Shown piece by piece: positions 44,259 to 59,072 of a stretch of 64,000 nt of DNA. Numbering within the stretch: position 1 is the first letter of the stretch; each line of letters starts with the position of its first letter. The stretch comes from Octopus vulgaris (taxonomy: Eukaryota). The translations under genes and the position numbers were made by a program. The DNA lies in NCBI GenBank assembly GCA_951406725.2, contig OX597838.1, positions 43,834,001 through 43,898,000 on the forward strand, written 5' to 3'. The notes beneath the pieces are model-generated. The model was not told where the DNA came from. It searched no databases and worked only from the letters and a program-made list of their open reading frames with translations.

Positions 44259-44358
44259 CGTAATAGTTTATAAAAAATTTTGGTTTCATATCTAGCGTGA
44301 AGTAGATATTTCTTCAGTTTTTCTAAATGATAACTGTTCTCTGCAACGAATGTTGATA

Positions 44359-44425
<67 letters not shown>

Positions 44426-44564
44426 GACGGGCTTCTTTCAGTTTCCATCTACCAGATCTACTCACAAAACTGGTCGACCCGAGGCTATAATTGAAGACAC
44501 TTGCCCAAGGTGCCATGCAGTGGGACTGTACCCGGAACCATGTGGTTGGAAAGCAAGCTTCTTA

Positions 44565-44795
44565 TTTCTTTATTGCCCACATGGGGATAAACATAGAGAG
44601 GACAAACAAGGACAGACAAACGGATTAAGTCGATTACATCGACCCCAGTGCGTAAATGGTACTTAATTTATCGACCCCGAAAGGATGAAAGGCAAAATCA
44701 ACCTCGGCGGAATTTGAACACAGAACGTAACGACAGAAGAAATACCGCTAAGCATTTCGCCCGGCGTGCTAACGTTTCTGCCAGCTCGCCGCCTT
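44565..44795 (-). mobile_element. SINE B with Tx1-like 3' tail inserted in a SINE A head (10 bp TSD)
   Basis: TSD aagcttctta at 44555-44564 and 44796-44805. The host SINE A spans 44420-44828. Confidence 0.85.
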
Positions 44796-44956
44796 AAGCT
44801 TCTTAACACACAGCCACTCCTGCGCCTATACAACCACAAATACATACATACATACATACATACATACATACATACATACATACATACATACATACATACA
44901 CATACATGCATGCATATATATATATATGCTTGTGTGAGTGTGTGTATGTGTGTGTC

Positions 44957-44995
<39 letters not shown>

Positions 44996-45183
44996 GCAAA
45001 GTTCATCCAAACATGAAAACACAAAGAGAAAGCACAACAACGCGAGGACGTGGAACAAGTATAGTGTTATTGGATGCTCAGGAAAGGAAGGAAAGAAGGA
45101 GGGTTTAGCGTTTCGAGCGGAGCTCTTCGTCAGAAACATAGAAAAACCAAAGATCCAAGGAAGGGAAGACGGAGGAAAAAATA

Positions 45184-45236
<53 letters not shown>

Positions 45237-45644
45237 AGACACTTCCCCAATGTACTCAGCAGTGAGTGTGAATTCAGAATCAAGCGGTTGGGAAGGAAAC
45301 ATTTTACCACAGAGCCACACCTGCGTCAATGTGTGTGTGCGCTTGCACGAGAACGTATATGTATTTAAACCGCACACAGCACCGAAGCGAGCCTTCCTAT
45401 TTAATTAAATTTAGAATTCAAGGAAAACTGCAAACCAAATCCCGTAAGCTCTTAAAATGTTGCAGAGACTAGCGATGGCATCAATCATAATTTTGAGAAA
45501 ACAGCGTGACAACGCCAACACCTGAACAACACTGTTTGAAGCTATAGGAAATGTTTTGCAGAAATTTCGATTTGAAAAATTGTATAGTTTAATTCTAAGA
45601 TTAACCCAGATGGTACATGGTACTTGAACTGTTTCTTCTGCTTA

Positions 45645-45701
<57 letters not shown>

Positions 45702-45710
45702 TACATACAT

Positions 45711-45766
<56 letters not shown>

Positions 45767-45979
45767 TTGGGATTTGGTTTGCAAGATTCTTTATGTGAGT
45801 TCGTGTGTTGAAGCATATTCTGTTGTGGTCTGGGGCGAATCATTTTCATTTTGTGCTTTATAATTTAACACACTCACCGGTAAAATTTCCACTTATTCCT
45901 TATTTTTATTTTCTTAAAATTCTCGTTGCGTCTTGCAACCTTTTCAATTCTCTCTTATATATATATATATATATATGTA

Positions 45980-46829
45980 CAGGGTACGATGGGTAAATTG
46001 TCGCAATATTAAAATTTTAATTTTGCGCATGCGCATTGTTTGTTCTGAATTTCCTCAACTTCACTATACAGTAAGCTCAGTGAGGCACCGCCTGTGAGAA
46101 AAACAGCACCATGACGCAACTCACTCTGCCAGAAATTTGGAAATGACATACTGTACTGCTTAGCATTCGCGCCGGAAGCTCCCGTACGAATATTTCAGAG
46201 TGTTTGGGTGTCAATCTGAGTCCATGTACTGAGAGTGATAAAAATCAAGCATTCAATCAATATCATGGTGTTTGGAATGAACACTAATGATGACGACGTT
46301 ATACCCCCATTCATCTCCCCACACGGGCTCAAACTCAACACGGAGGCCTACATCAGGTGCCTGGAGGAGGTAGTGGCTGCTGGAAGACACTATGTCTGGT
46401 AACAGGACTCTGCACCATGCCACACAAGCAGGAGAACTCAGTTATGGCTGTCAAGCGATTTCTGCGATCACACCACTCCTAACATATGGCTACCTAACCC
46501 CTAGACTGCAGCTCTCTTAATTATTATGTGAACGAATCTTCTTGTAATACCAAAGGTGATCTGAAGGCAAGGATTATGGCATCATTCATCACCTTAAACA
46601 AGGAGACAGCCCAGATGAGTTGCAGAAGATTCCGAAGTCGTCTGGAGGTCGTGGTCAATGCGATGTTATTGAGTGAATATTGAATAGAAAGTATATTACT
46701 CTGCCTTTGATATTCGAGTACTATTTCACAATATTTTAATGTCATTTTGGTAAATACATCTGTTAAAATTAGATGTCAGTGTTATTTTCATTTTTTGCGT
46801 TGTTTAGACGATAGTTTCTTTACCGCAAC

Positions 46830-46832
<3 letters not shown>
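45980..46832 (+). mobile_element. Tc1/mariner-superfamily (DD37D/maT-like) transposon relic
   Basis: TA-cagggt...aacctg-TA ends. Degraded catalytic region YVW*QDSAPCHTSRRTQ.WLS...W.PN..DC. Confidence 0.7.
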
Positions 46833-46879
<47 letters not shown>

Positions 46880-46884
<5 letters not shown>

Positions 46885-47128
46885 TATATAGAGGGTACTA
46901 TTATTCATAGGTACCGCACGCTAGGAGGGACTTTTACAGTCAAAACTACTAAAATAAACAAATTGTACCGAATGCAAAACTTCAAAGCGAGTCATTTAAA
47001 AACAGTTTTTAAATGACTCGCTTTGAAGTTTTGCATTCGGTACAATTTGTTTATTTTAGTAGTTTTGACTGTAAAAGTCCCTCCTAGCATGCGGTACCTA
47101 TGAACAATAGTACCCTCTATATAATATA
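46880..47128. repeat. Near-perfect palindrome (124 bp arms, 1 nt spacer) within (TA)n
   Basis: Centre at 47004. Two mismatches between the arms by eye. Confidence 0.95.
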
Positions 47129-47129
47129 A

Positions 47130-47225
<96 letters not shown>

Positions 47226-47371
47226 GCATACACATAAACGTGAGCGCCTAAGTGCAAAACAAACTCAGTGACTGAGGTAGAGTAATATACTTTTTATTAA
47301 AGCTGCAAAATTATCACAGTACTGTGATAATATTTTAGCTTTGACAAAAAATATATATGTATATATACGTA

Positions 47372-47840
47372 TTTATATAAGCCTAAAGCTTATAGTGATC
47401 ACCGAGCAAGGACTAAGAAAAATAGTCTAATAATGGGGCATATAAGCCCTCGACTGAAAAAGAAGTAGGCTCTCCAATCCGCGTGAGACTTGAACCTACG
47501 TCTCTTTGTTAATGCTCCAAAGTGTGTTATCATTACGCCAGCGAATTAGACTCCCCGCTTCTGTCAAATTTAAGAACTATATTGGTTCGTAGTTGTCTTT
47601 GCAGACAAACTTTCTCTGTCCTTCGGCGCGACTGGTTTTGTTATACGCTGCCATGATTTACAATCCTGTACATAATAATAATGTTGTTTATATGGTAACA
47701 AACTTATTCGCGTTAACAAAGCGATGTAAGTTCGAGTCTCACGCGGATAGCAAAGCCTACCTTTTTCTGTCGAGGGCTTATATGCCCCATTATTAGACTA
47801 ATTTTCTTAGTAATTGCTGTAAGCTTTAGGCTTATATAAA
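47372..47840. repeat. Diverged inverted repeat containing tRNA-like boxes
   Basis: ~47372-47515 versus ~47708-47840. B-box-like gttcgagtctcacgcgg (plus strand) and tggcgtaatgat...ggttcaagtctcacgcgg (minus strand). Confidence 0.6.
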
Positions 47841-47908
47841 TACCATTAGGATTATTTATACCATTAGGATTATTTAAAACCTGGCGCCATATAACAAAAC
47901 CATTCGCA

Positions 47909-47946
<38 letters not shown>

Positions 47947-47950
<4 letters not shown>

Positions 47951-48608
47951 AAAATTAGAGAATGGAGAAACATACTTAAATCAGTAAAACATCAACTATC
48001 CGATGATACTCAATCCATACTTTAATACACCATTACATATGAGTAAAGGCAATATATAAAATGAAATGAGATATACAGTAATAGTAAAAAGATAAAGAGA
48101 TATAAGTAAAAAATTTCAAATATAATATGCAAATAAATCAAAACTGACAGCTGTTTCGGCAGTGAGGACAGTCATACCTCATTTAACCTATAAGCCATAA
48201 AGGCAGGTATAAATGAGGCATTAACAAGGATGCCCCACGGCCTCTTCAGAGAATTAAATTAAATTTGTTATAATAGTGAAAAATATTATATAATCATATA
48301 CATATAAATATAAAAATATAAAAATGTAAAATATAAAAACTTATACATCATAATGCTACACTTATATAATATAATACACATTTGTACAAAAAAGGAAGGT
48401 AAACAGAACAAAATAAAACAAAATATATAACAGTGTATATATTAATATTAATAAGTACCGATATTATACATATTTGGCTAATAGTTTTTTTTAAAAAAAA
48501 GGCTAACACATATGGAGATGAAAAATAATAATTAAATCCGTGGTACAGTTCATAAAGTTCTAAAGCTATAAAAGTTAATAAAAATTACTATTAATAATAA
48601 TAATAATA

Positions 48609-48652
<44 letters not shown>

Positions 48653-49328
48653 TAATAAAAATAGATACAGTTAAGTTAGCACCAAGTCCATCCTTTCAAG
48701 ATCGAAATAACTTCCTTTTGTACAAATGTGTATTATATTATATAAGTGTAGCATTATGATGTATAAGTTTTTATATTTTACATTTTTATATTTTTATATT
48801 TATATGTATATGATTATATAATATTTTTCACTATTATAACAAATTTAATTTAATTCTCTGAAGAGGCCGTGGGGCATCCTTGTTAATGCCTCATTTATAC
48901 CTGCCTTTATGGCTTATAGGTTAAATGAGGTATGACTGTCCTCACTGCCGAAACAGCTGTCAGTTTTGATTTATTTGCATATTATATTTGAAATTTTTTA
49001 CTTATATCTCTTTATCTTTTTACTATTACTGTATATCTCATTTCATTTTATATATTGCCTTTACTCATATGTAATGGTGTATTAAAGTATGGATTGAGTA
49101 TCATCGGATAGTTGATGTTTTACTGATTTAAGTATGTTTCTCCATTCTCTAATTTTGTAGTATTAATTTACGGTAATATTATTACCTTTACCCATATAAT
49201 ACAATAGATGAACTGATTGTTTGACAATTTTTAACATCTATGTATTAATTTTGTTGGGTACCTATCTAGCAGTATATTGGATATATATTATCCCATGGTG
49301 GGTTGAATTTTCAACCCCTTATCTCATT

Positions 49329-49330
<2 letters not shown>
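47947..49330. mobile_element. PLE-type element with ~450 bp inverted arms (47947-48398 and 48711-49159), each with a long-stem-II HHR
   Basis: Arms are near-identical. CTGAAGA (48858)-ggccgtgggg...ctcactgcc-GAAA-cagctg-TC (48961). Flanked by (TA)n. Confidence 0.8.
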
Positions 49331-49364
<34 letters not shown>

Positions 49365-50414
49365 GAAATGGAGCAATAATTAACAATGAGAAGTTGATTA
49401 TTGGTATTAAAAAGTTTTCCTTTTCTCCTCTTTATAATCATTCTGAACTACAATTAACCTCTGACTTTTTAATACCAATGATCAACTTCTCGTTGTTAAT
49501 TATTGCGCCATTTCTTTTCTTTTCTTTTCTATATATATTAAACCACGGTTTTACCTTTAAATTACCAACTACTCTATACATTATAGATTGGACTATACAT
49601 AGTGAGGTAATACACCAGTAGTGTCTAAGGATACATTTATCCCTTAGATGGTTGAATAACCTCTAACTCATATTTTGCTTACATATATACATACATACAC
49701 ATATACATATATATATATACATATATATATATATATGTATAGGTATATATATATATATATGTATATATATGTATATATATGTATGTGTGTATACATGTGT
49801 ATATATATATACTTGTGTATATATGTGGACTAGTCTTCTGTGTGTGTGCAGATGTATGTATGTGTATGCGTGTAGATATGAATTTGTAGGTACGTGTACG
49901 TATGCGTATATATGTGCATGTATGTATATGTTTGAGTGTAGGTAGATATATGTAGGTATGCTTTTATGTACACGTGTATGCGTGCATGTGTGCTAATATG
50001 TACTTAAAGGCGTATGGATGTGTATATATGCGTATGTATGTTTATATGCACAAATGTCTGTATATAGGCATATGAGTCTATATATGTGGGCAGATGTTCT
50101 TGTGTGTTTATGTGTACTGAAGTACATTTATATATGTGGTTTTGTGTGTACATAGCTATGTGTACGTTTATGTGAAATTCGGTACACTTATGTATGTATG
50201 AATATAACACGTGCGTCTGTGTATGTGTATGAGTGTGCGTGTGAGTGTGTGTGCGTGTGTAAGTGCTTGTGTTCGTATCAGTGGGTAGAAAGATAGAAAA
50301 GAAGGTAGAGGGGGCAATAAATGGTTTTTTTAAGCTCCCTCGGGAGAAACCTACCTCTGTGTCGGCTTCGTTGGTCGAGGTCAAATAAAAACAATATATA
50401 TATGTGTATGTATA

Positions 50415-50493
<79 letters not shown>

Positions 50494-50504
50494 AGTGTGT
50501 ATGA

Positions 50505-50552
<48 letters not shown>

Positions 50553-50892
50553 ATATGTGAGCGTGTGTGTATGGGGTGTATATCCTCTTTTATATTTATT
50601 TATTTTACACATATATATGTGTGTAGATATTTGTGTGTATGTATGAGTATGGGTATGGGTCAGTATGTAGATGTATGTAAATGGGTGCATATGTACATGT
50701 GTATATGGATGTATGTGGGTATGTGTATGTAAACTCTATTATTCTATTTATTCATTTATCTACTTTATCACTGATTCCTTTGACCACTCCCCTAAGAATG
50801 ATAGTTTGCGCCATGCCTACCCCAAAAAGTCCCACACCACCACCCCTTAAACCTGCCTAAGTGTATAAATGCCAAAACTATTCTTGTCACCT

Positions 50893-50943
50893 AGCTTCCT
50901 GATGATTTCTTTTGAATGAAACAGTTCTAGTCCTGTAGAAGCT
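50893..50943 (+). ncRNA. Type I hammerhead ribozyme
   Basis: agcttc-CTGATGA-tttc tttt gaat-GAAA-cag ttctagtc ctg-TA-gaagct: 6 bp stem I, 4 bp stem III, weak stem II. Confidence 0.7.
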
Positions 50944-50954
50944 CCTTCTATAAA

Positions 50955-51130
<176 letters not shown>

Positions 51131-51309
51131 TACATACGGCGGTGAGCTGGCAGAACCGTTAGCACGCCGGGCGAAATGCGTAGTCGTATTTCGTCTGCCG
51201 TTACGTTCTGAGTTCAAATTCATCTTTTCGGGGTCGATAAATTAAGTACCAACACTGGGGTCGATTTAATCTATGTTTAGCCCCTTGTGGGAAATGAAGC
51301 ATATATAGG

Positions 51310-51341
<32 letters not shown>

Positions 51342-51520
51342 CTCTTTTACTTGTTTCAGTCATTTGACTGCGGTCATGCTGGAGCACCGCCTTTAGTCGA
51401 GCAACTCGACCCCGGGACTTATTCTCTTTGTAAGCCCAGTACTTATTCCATCGCTCTCTTTTTGCCGAACGTAAGCACACCAGCGGGGACGTAAACACAC
51501 CAGCATCGGTTATCAAGCAA

Positions 51521-54369
<2,849 letters not shown>

Positions 54370-54374
54370 CATCC

Positions 54375-54439
<65 letters not shown>

Positions 54440-54995
54440 CATACATATATATATATATGTATATATAAACATAAATACATGCTAACACAAACAAATCCGT
54501 GCGCGCACACGCGCATATTCACACATTACCTCCATGCGTGTGTTTGCGATAAGTATATGCATGTATAGGTGTGTGCGTGTATTAGTGCGTTAATATTTGA
54601 AAAGCTCGTCTGAGATTAAATATCATATTGCTACTTTAATTAGTATCTGTGCATTGAAAAGAATCTTGTTGTTGTTCTTCCTCTTCTTTCTTCTTCTTCT
54701 CTCTCTTCTTCTTTCTTTCTTCTTTCTTCTTCTTAGGCTGATATATTTTCACCAGGTGTTTAACGTTTCCCATCGCTGCCAATAAAAGTTATTACCACCT
54801 CAGCTAATCAGGATATGCAATTAGAGAAGCTAAAATCAATCCAAACTAATTTAGCTCAGGTTGTAACAGTGTGCGATTATTCGTGAGGCTTTGCTCATCA
54901 CTGTTGCCATGTTGTTTGCTTTTCTTTATTATTTTCTCTTTTAGATTTTGCTTTTTTTCATATATATTTTGATTTACTATGTCATCGTTGGATTA

Positions 54996-55080
<85 letters not shown>

Positions 55081-58000
55081 GTATACACACACACACATAC
55101 ATATACGTATGTATACACACACACACGCACGCACGCACGCACATATATATATGTATACACACACACACACACGCACACATATATATCACTTGAACCGTCT
55201 ATTATCTCTCTATCATTATCAATCTATCTATCTGTCAGTCTATGTATTAATTTTTCATTCGTTCTACCTCACTCCCCATATCATATATATATATATATGT
55301 GTGTGTATATATATATATACATACATATATATATACACACACGTACATATATATATGTATATATATATATAGATATAGATAAATACACACATATACACAC
55401 ATATACATACATACATACATACATACACACATACATACATACATACATACATACATAAGTGGGTCAATTTAGCAGAAATCGAAAAAAATATTTTCCAGAC
55501 ATTTTTTTTCTCCTCCGTAATCGATTAAACACTTGAAGGCAGTCTGGTATCATGATACGCACACACACACACACGCACACACACACACACACACATACAC
55601 ACACACACGCAGAGGCACGCCCACACACATTCGTTCATTTATAGATGGATACTCCACATAGACCACATTTGTCATCCATAATATACGATCTGGGGAGACG
55701 TGATACAGCTGTCTATTAAACAATGGTTTGCAACCAAGATATATACAGTTCTATACACAGTTCTGTATTGGGTTGGGAGAACACATTCAATGATATCTAT
55801 GCATGGACTTGATTTCTATTTCTCTCCTTGATTTTGGTTGATCTGAGAGGGATTTGAACTCATAAGACTGAGAGGGATTTATTCCTTTTTCTTTTATTTG
55901 TTTCAGTCAGTTGACTGCAGCCATGCTGGAGCACAGCTTTTAGTCGAACAAATCGTACCCAGGACTTGTTCTTTCAAAGCCTAGTACTTATTCTATCGGT
56001 CTCTTTTGCCGAACCGCTAAGTTATGAGGACGTAAACACACAAACATCGGTTGTCAATAGGAGCTGCTAAGTTATGCGGACGTAAACACACAAACATCGG
56101 TTGTCAATAGGAGCTGCTTACCTATTGGTAAATATCCCAAATTTGTAATAATATAATAATAATGATAATAAAATATACTGTCGTATTGATTGTTCTCCCA
56201 TAGAATTTTTATCCTAATCCAGTTCCAATCTGCTTTAGAAATTTGATTAAATTTGTGCGTATTAGAGATAACCGTAAGGGAAATAGAATATATATATAAA
56301 ATATTAATTTCATGTGAGGAATTGTTGCGTTTGTGTTACAATTTTCTCTTTTGTTTAGATCTATTCTATCGGTTTGCATTTAATCATGGCATATATGATG
56401 AGGACCATTGTTATTGGTCCTACTTAACTCATTAATTACTAATGCTTCTAGATCCGGTGTGTTGATGATCAGCTTCAAATGGCTTCCTATAATCAAAACC
56501 AAAAGCCTTCAGTGTTTAAACCTTTATTTCCCTTTTTACAAACCCCTTTATTAATTATCATCAAATCCTATTAACTATTCATTATCTTAGCGATAGCAAT
56601 TCCGTTTGTCAGTAAGTATTTTGGTTTTTCGTGGTCAACATTGATTAATTTATCCTTTGAGAAAATCGGGGCTCTCCAATGAAATTTGGCAGGAAGAACA
56701 AGAATTATTTCGGAGGACGCGGAACGTAGAGAACTCTCAGAATTAAAGGTGTGTGGAAGTTTCAGACATGAGCCTCGGCGGATTGTAAAGGGCTGCCCTC
56801 TGTCTCTCTGGGCCCCAATCCGATCTAATGGCTAAAGCCTCACGTTCAGAAACATGCCACAAGATTGATTTTGTCGTTTCGTTTCTTGCAGGCTGAAAAT
56901 AGATTTATTGGATTCAGTTCTTTTCTATGGATGAGGATTATTTTCGTTTCCCTTAGCAACACATTCTAGGGTCTCTCTTTGCTTCCGTGTATTGTTGAAT
57001 AGTTGAATATCCTTGCAATTACTTTGTAGATTTCTTATAAGACTTTGCCAGAAGATCGAAGAGCGGCATTGTACCACTTCCTGTTACTTTCTATGTTTTC
57101 ATTTTGTAGCAACTCGGGTTTTTCTGGTGCTATTATTTCATCTGAGAAGTATTCTTCTACTGCTCTTTCACTTTTTCATATTTTTTGTATTATTGTCCAC
57201 CACAGTTCACCCTCACCCACCCCACGTCTCCTCAGATCTTCTAATTGTCTTATTGATGGCGTTACAGTGGTTTCTGTGTTTCATTTTTTTTATTTACGTG
57301 ATTTCTGAAAAAATCAGTTTCGATTGGAGTCGGCCTCTTTGATCTAAGAAGCGATGGCATGGATTTTCTTATGATTTAACAAAGATGTTTTATCTTGGAT
57401 GCAAATTTTTTTTTCTGTTTTTTACTTCTACCTCATCCAGTGTTTGTCTTTATTTTCTTCAGTTGTGTTTTTCATTTCGCTGTCCATAAATCATATTTTC
57501 TTTTATGCATATGTTTGATTTCCATGTTGTTTATTTCGCTGTAGATGTAGCTGTTCTTATATTAATTTCCAATTGAAAAGATATATAATAATGGGTTCCC
57601 TCCCTGCCTGCATGTCTGTCTGTCTGTCTGTCTCTCCCCTCTATTCACATGAAGCAGATAACAATGATGGCTGCGACAAAGAGAATGGCTGACGAAGAAT
57701 GCAAGGAGACACGTCTGCACCTGAGACGTCAACTGAACTTAAGTAATGCATTTTCCTGGCACTAATTATCGTGGGCCGTTTACAAAAGACTGATACAAAA
57801 ACATCAGGGGAAGCGGACAAATGCTGAAAAATACACAACATAAATACAGCAAAGAAATGAGTACGTAATAAAGGACAATCAACAATTAGAATACTAACGA
57901 AATACATTAACAATATCTTAAATAACAAAATAGTATTAAACGCAGACGACAAGCTCTGCTACATGAGAGACCACGGAGCAAAGAGCAAAGTAAAACAGCT

Positions 58001-58326
58001 CACGAAAGCTAGATTAGGCGATACACCTTGCGGGAGTTCGGATCCAGTGACAATAACATGAGGTGCTTGAGATCCTCAGGCAGAGAGAAGTATGAATGGT
58101 AACAACGAACGACCGGCTGTCAGAAGTGGGAGACTTAAATGCAAATTGTCAAACTGTTGTCAAACAGTGAACCCGGATCCCTATTTTTGGAATATTTTGA
58201 ATTTAGTTTTCTCATACCTTTTCCTCCGTTTGCATTTATTCCATATTTTGCATTGCTCAAAGTTTTTTTTAAATAATTACATCCTTTTAATGCAATAATT
58301 TGAGATTTTCTGATCTATTTGCTCAG

Positions 58327-58368
58327 AGAATCCAACAGCTGGGAAAAGCATTTCGTTCCGAAATGTAG
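58327..58368 (+). CDS. Possible small internal exon of an unidentified host gene
   Basis: tttgctcag|...GTAG|gtaaga: 42 bp, phase 1-1, open frame NPTAGKSISFRNV. Confidence 0.3.
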   Translation, partial: RIQQLGKAFRSEM

Positions 58369-59040
58369 GTAAGAGACAACTGTACAAAACACTGCAGGGC
58401 CTTTGGGTTTTGTGGAAAATTTGAGGGTTCGATGCGATTTATGTAATTTTTTTTTTACTTGTTTCAGTCATTGGACAACCGCCATGCCGTAGTAGCGCCT
58501 TAAAGGTTTTAGTCGAACAAACTGAGCCTAGTATTTGTTTCCAAATCTGGTATCTGTTGTGTCGGTTGCTTTTGCTGAACCTCTAACCTACACGAACATA
58601 AACAAACAAGCACAGGTTGTCAAGCGGGGGACAAACACCAACCTACACATATATGAACGATGCGTTTGTACACAGTGTCTCTTGATCTTATGCTTTCATA
58701 AAGCATTGGTCACCCGAGGGCTATAGGCAGAGAATATTTCCTTATGGTACCGTGAATTTGGACAGAAGTGAGACGGAACTGGAAACCATGTGATTGGGAA
58801 GCAAACTACTTACCCAACGACCAACGGTGTCTTTTAATGAATTTGCCAAAATTTATTGTATAAAGAATGATGTTCTCTACTTTCAAAAACTTAATTTATT
58901 ATGTGGTACGTATGAGAATGAATTCTCTCACAAAATAAATTTTTTTCATTTAATGTTTATTCAAAGTCAATGTGACGGTTGTTAACAAAATAAAAGCACG
59001 GATTCTTCAAATCTAAAACAAAATTACATTATGTTTTCAG

Positions 59041-59072
59041 GTGATAGTATAATCGAACCCCCACCAGTCTAG
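59041..59072 (+). CDS. Possible terminal coding exon (GDSIIEPPPV*)
   Basis: atgttttcag| acceptor. The phase is compatible with the exon at 58327-58368 and the sequence is followed by non-repetitive AT-rich DNA. Confidence 0.3.
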
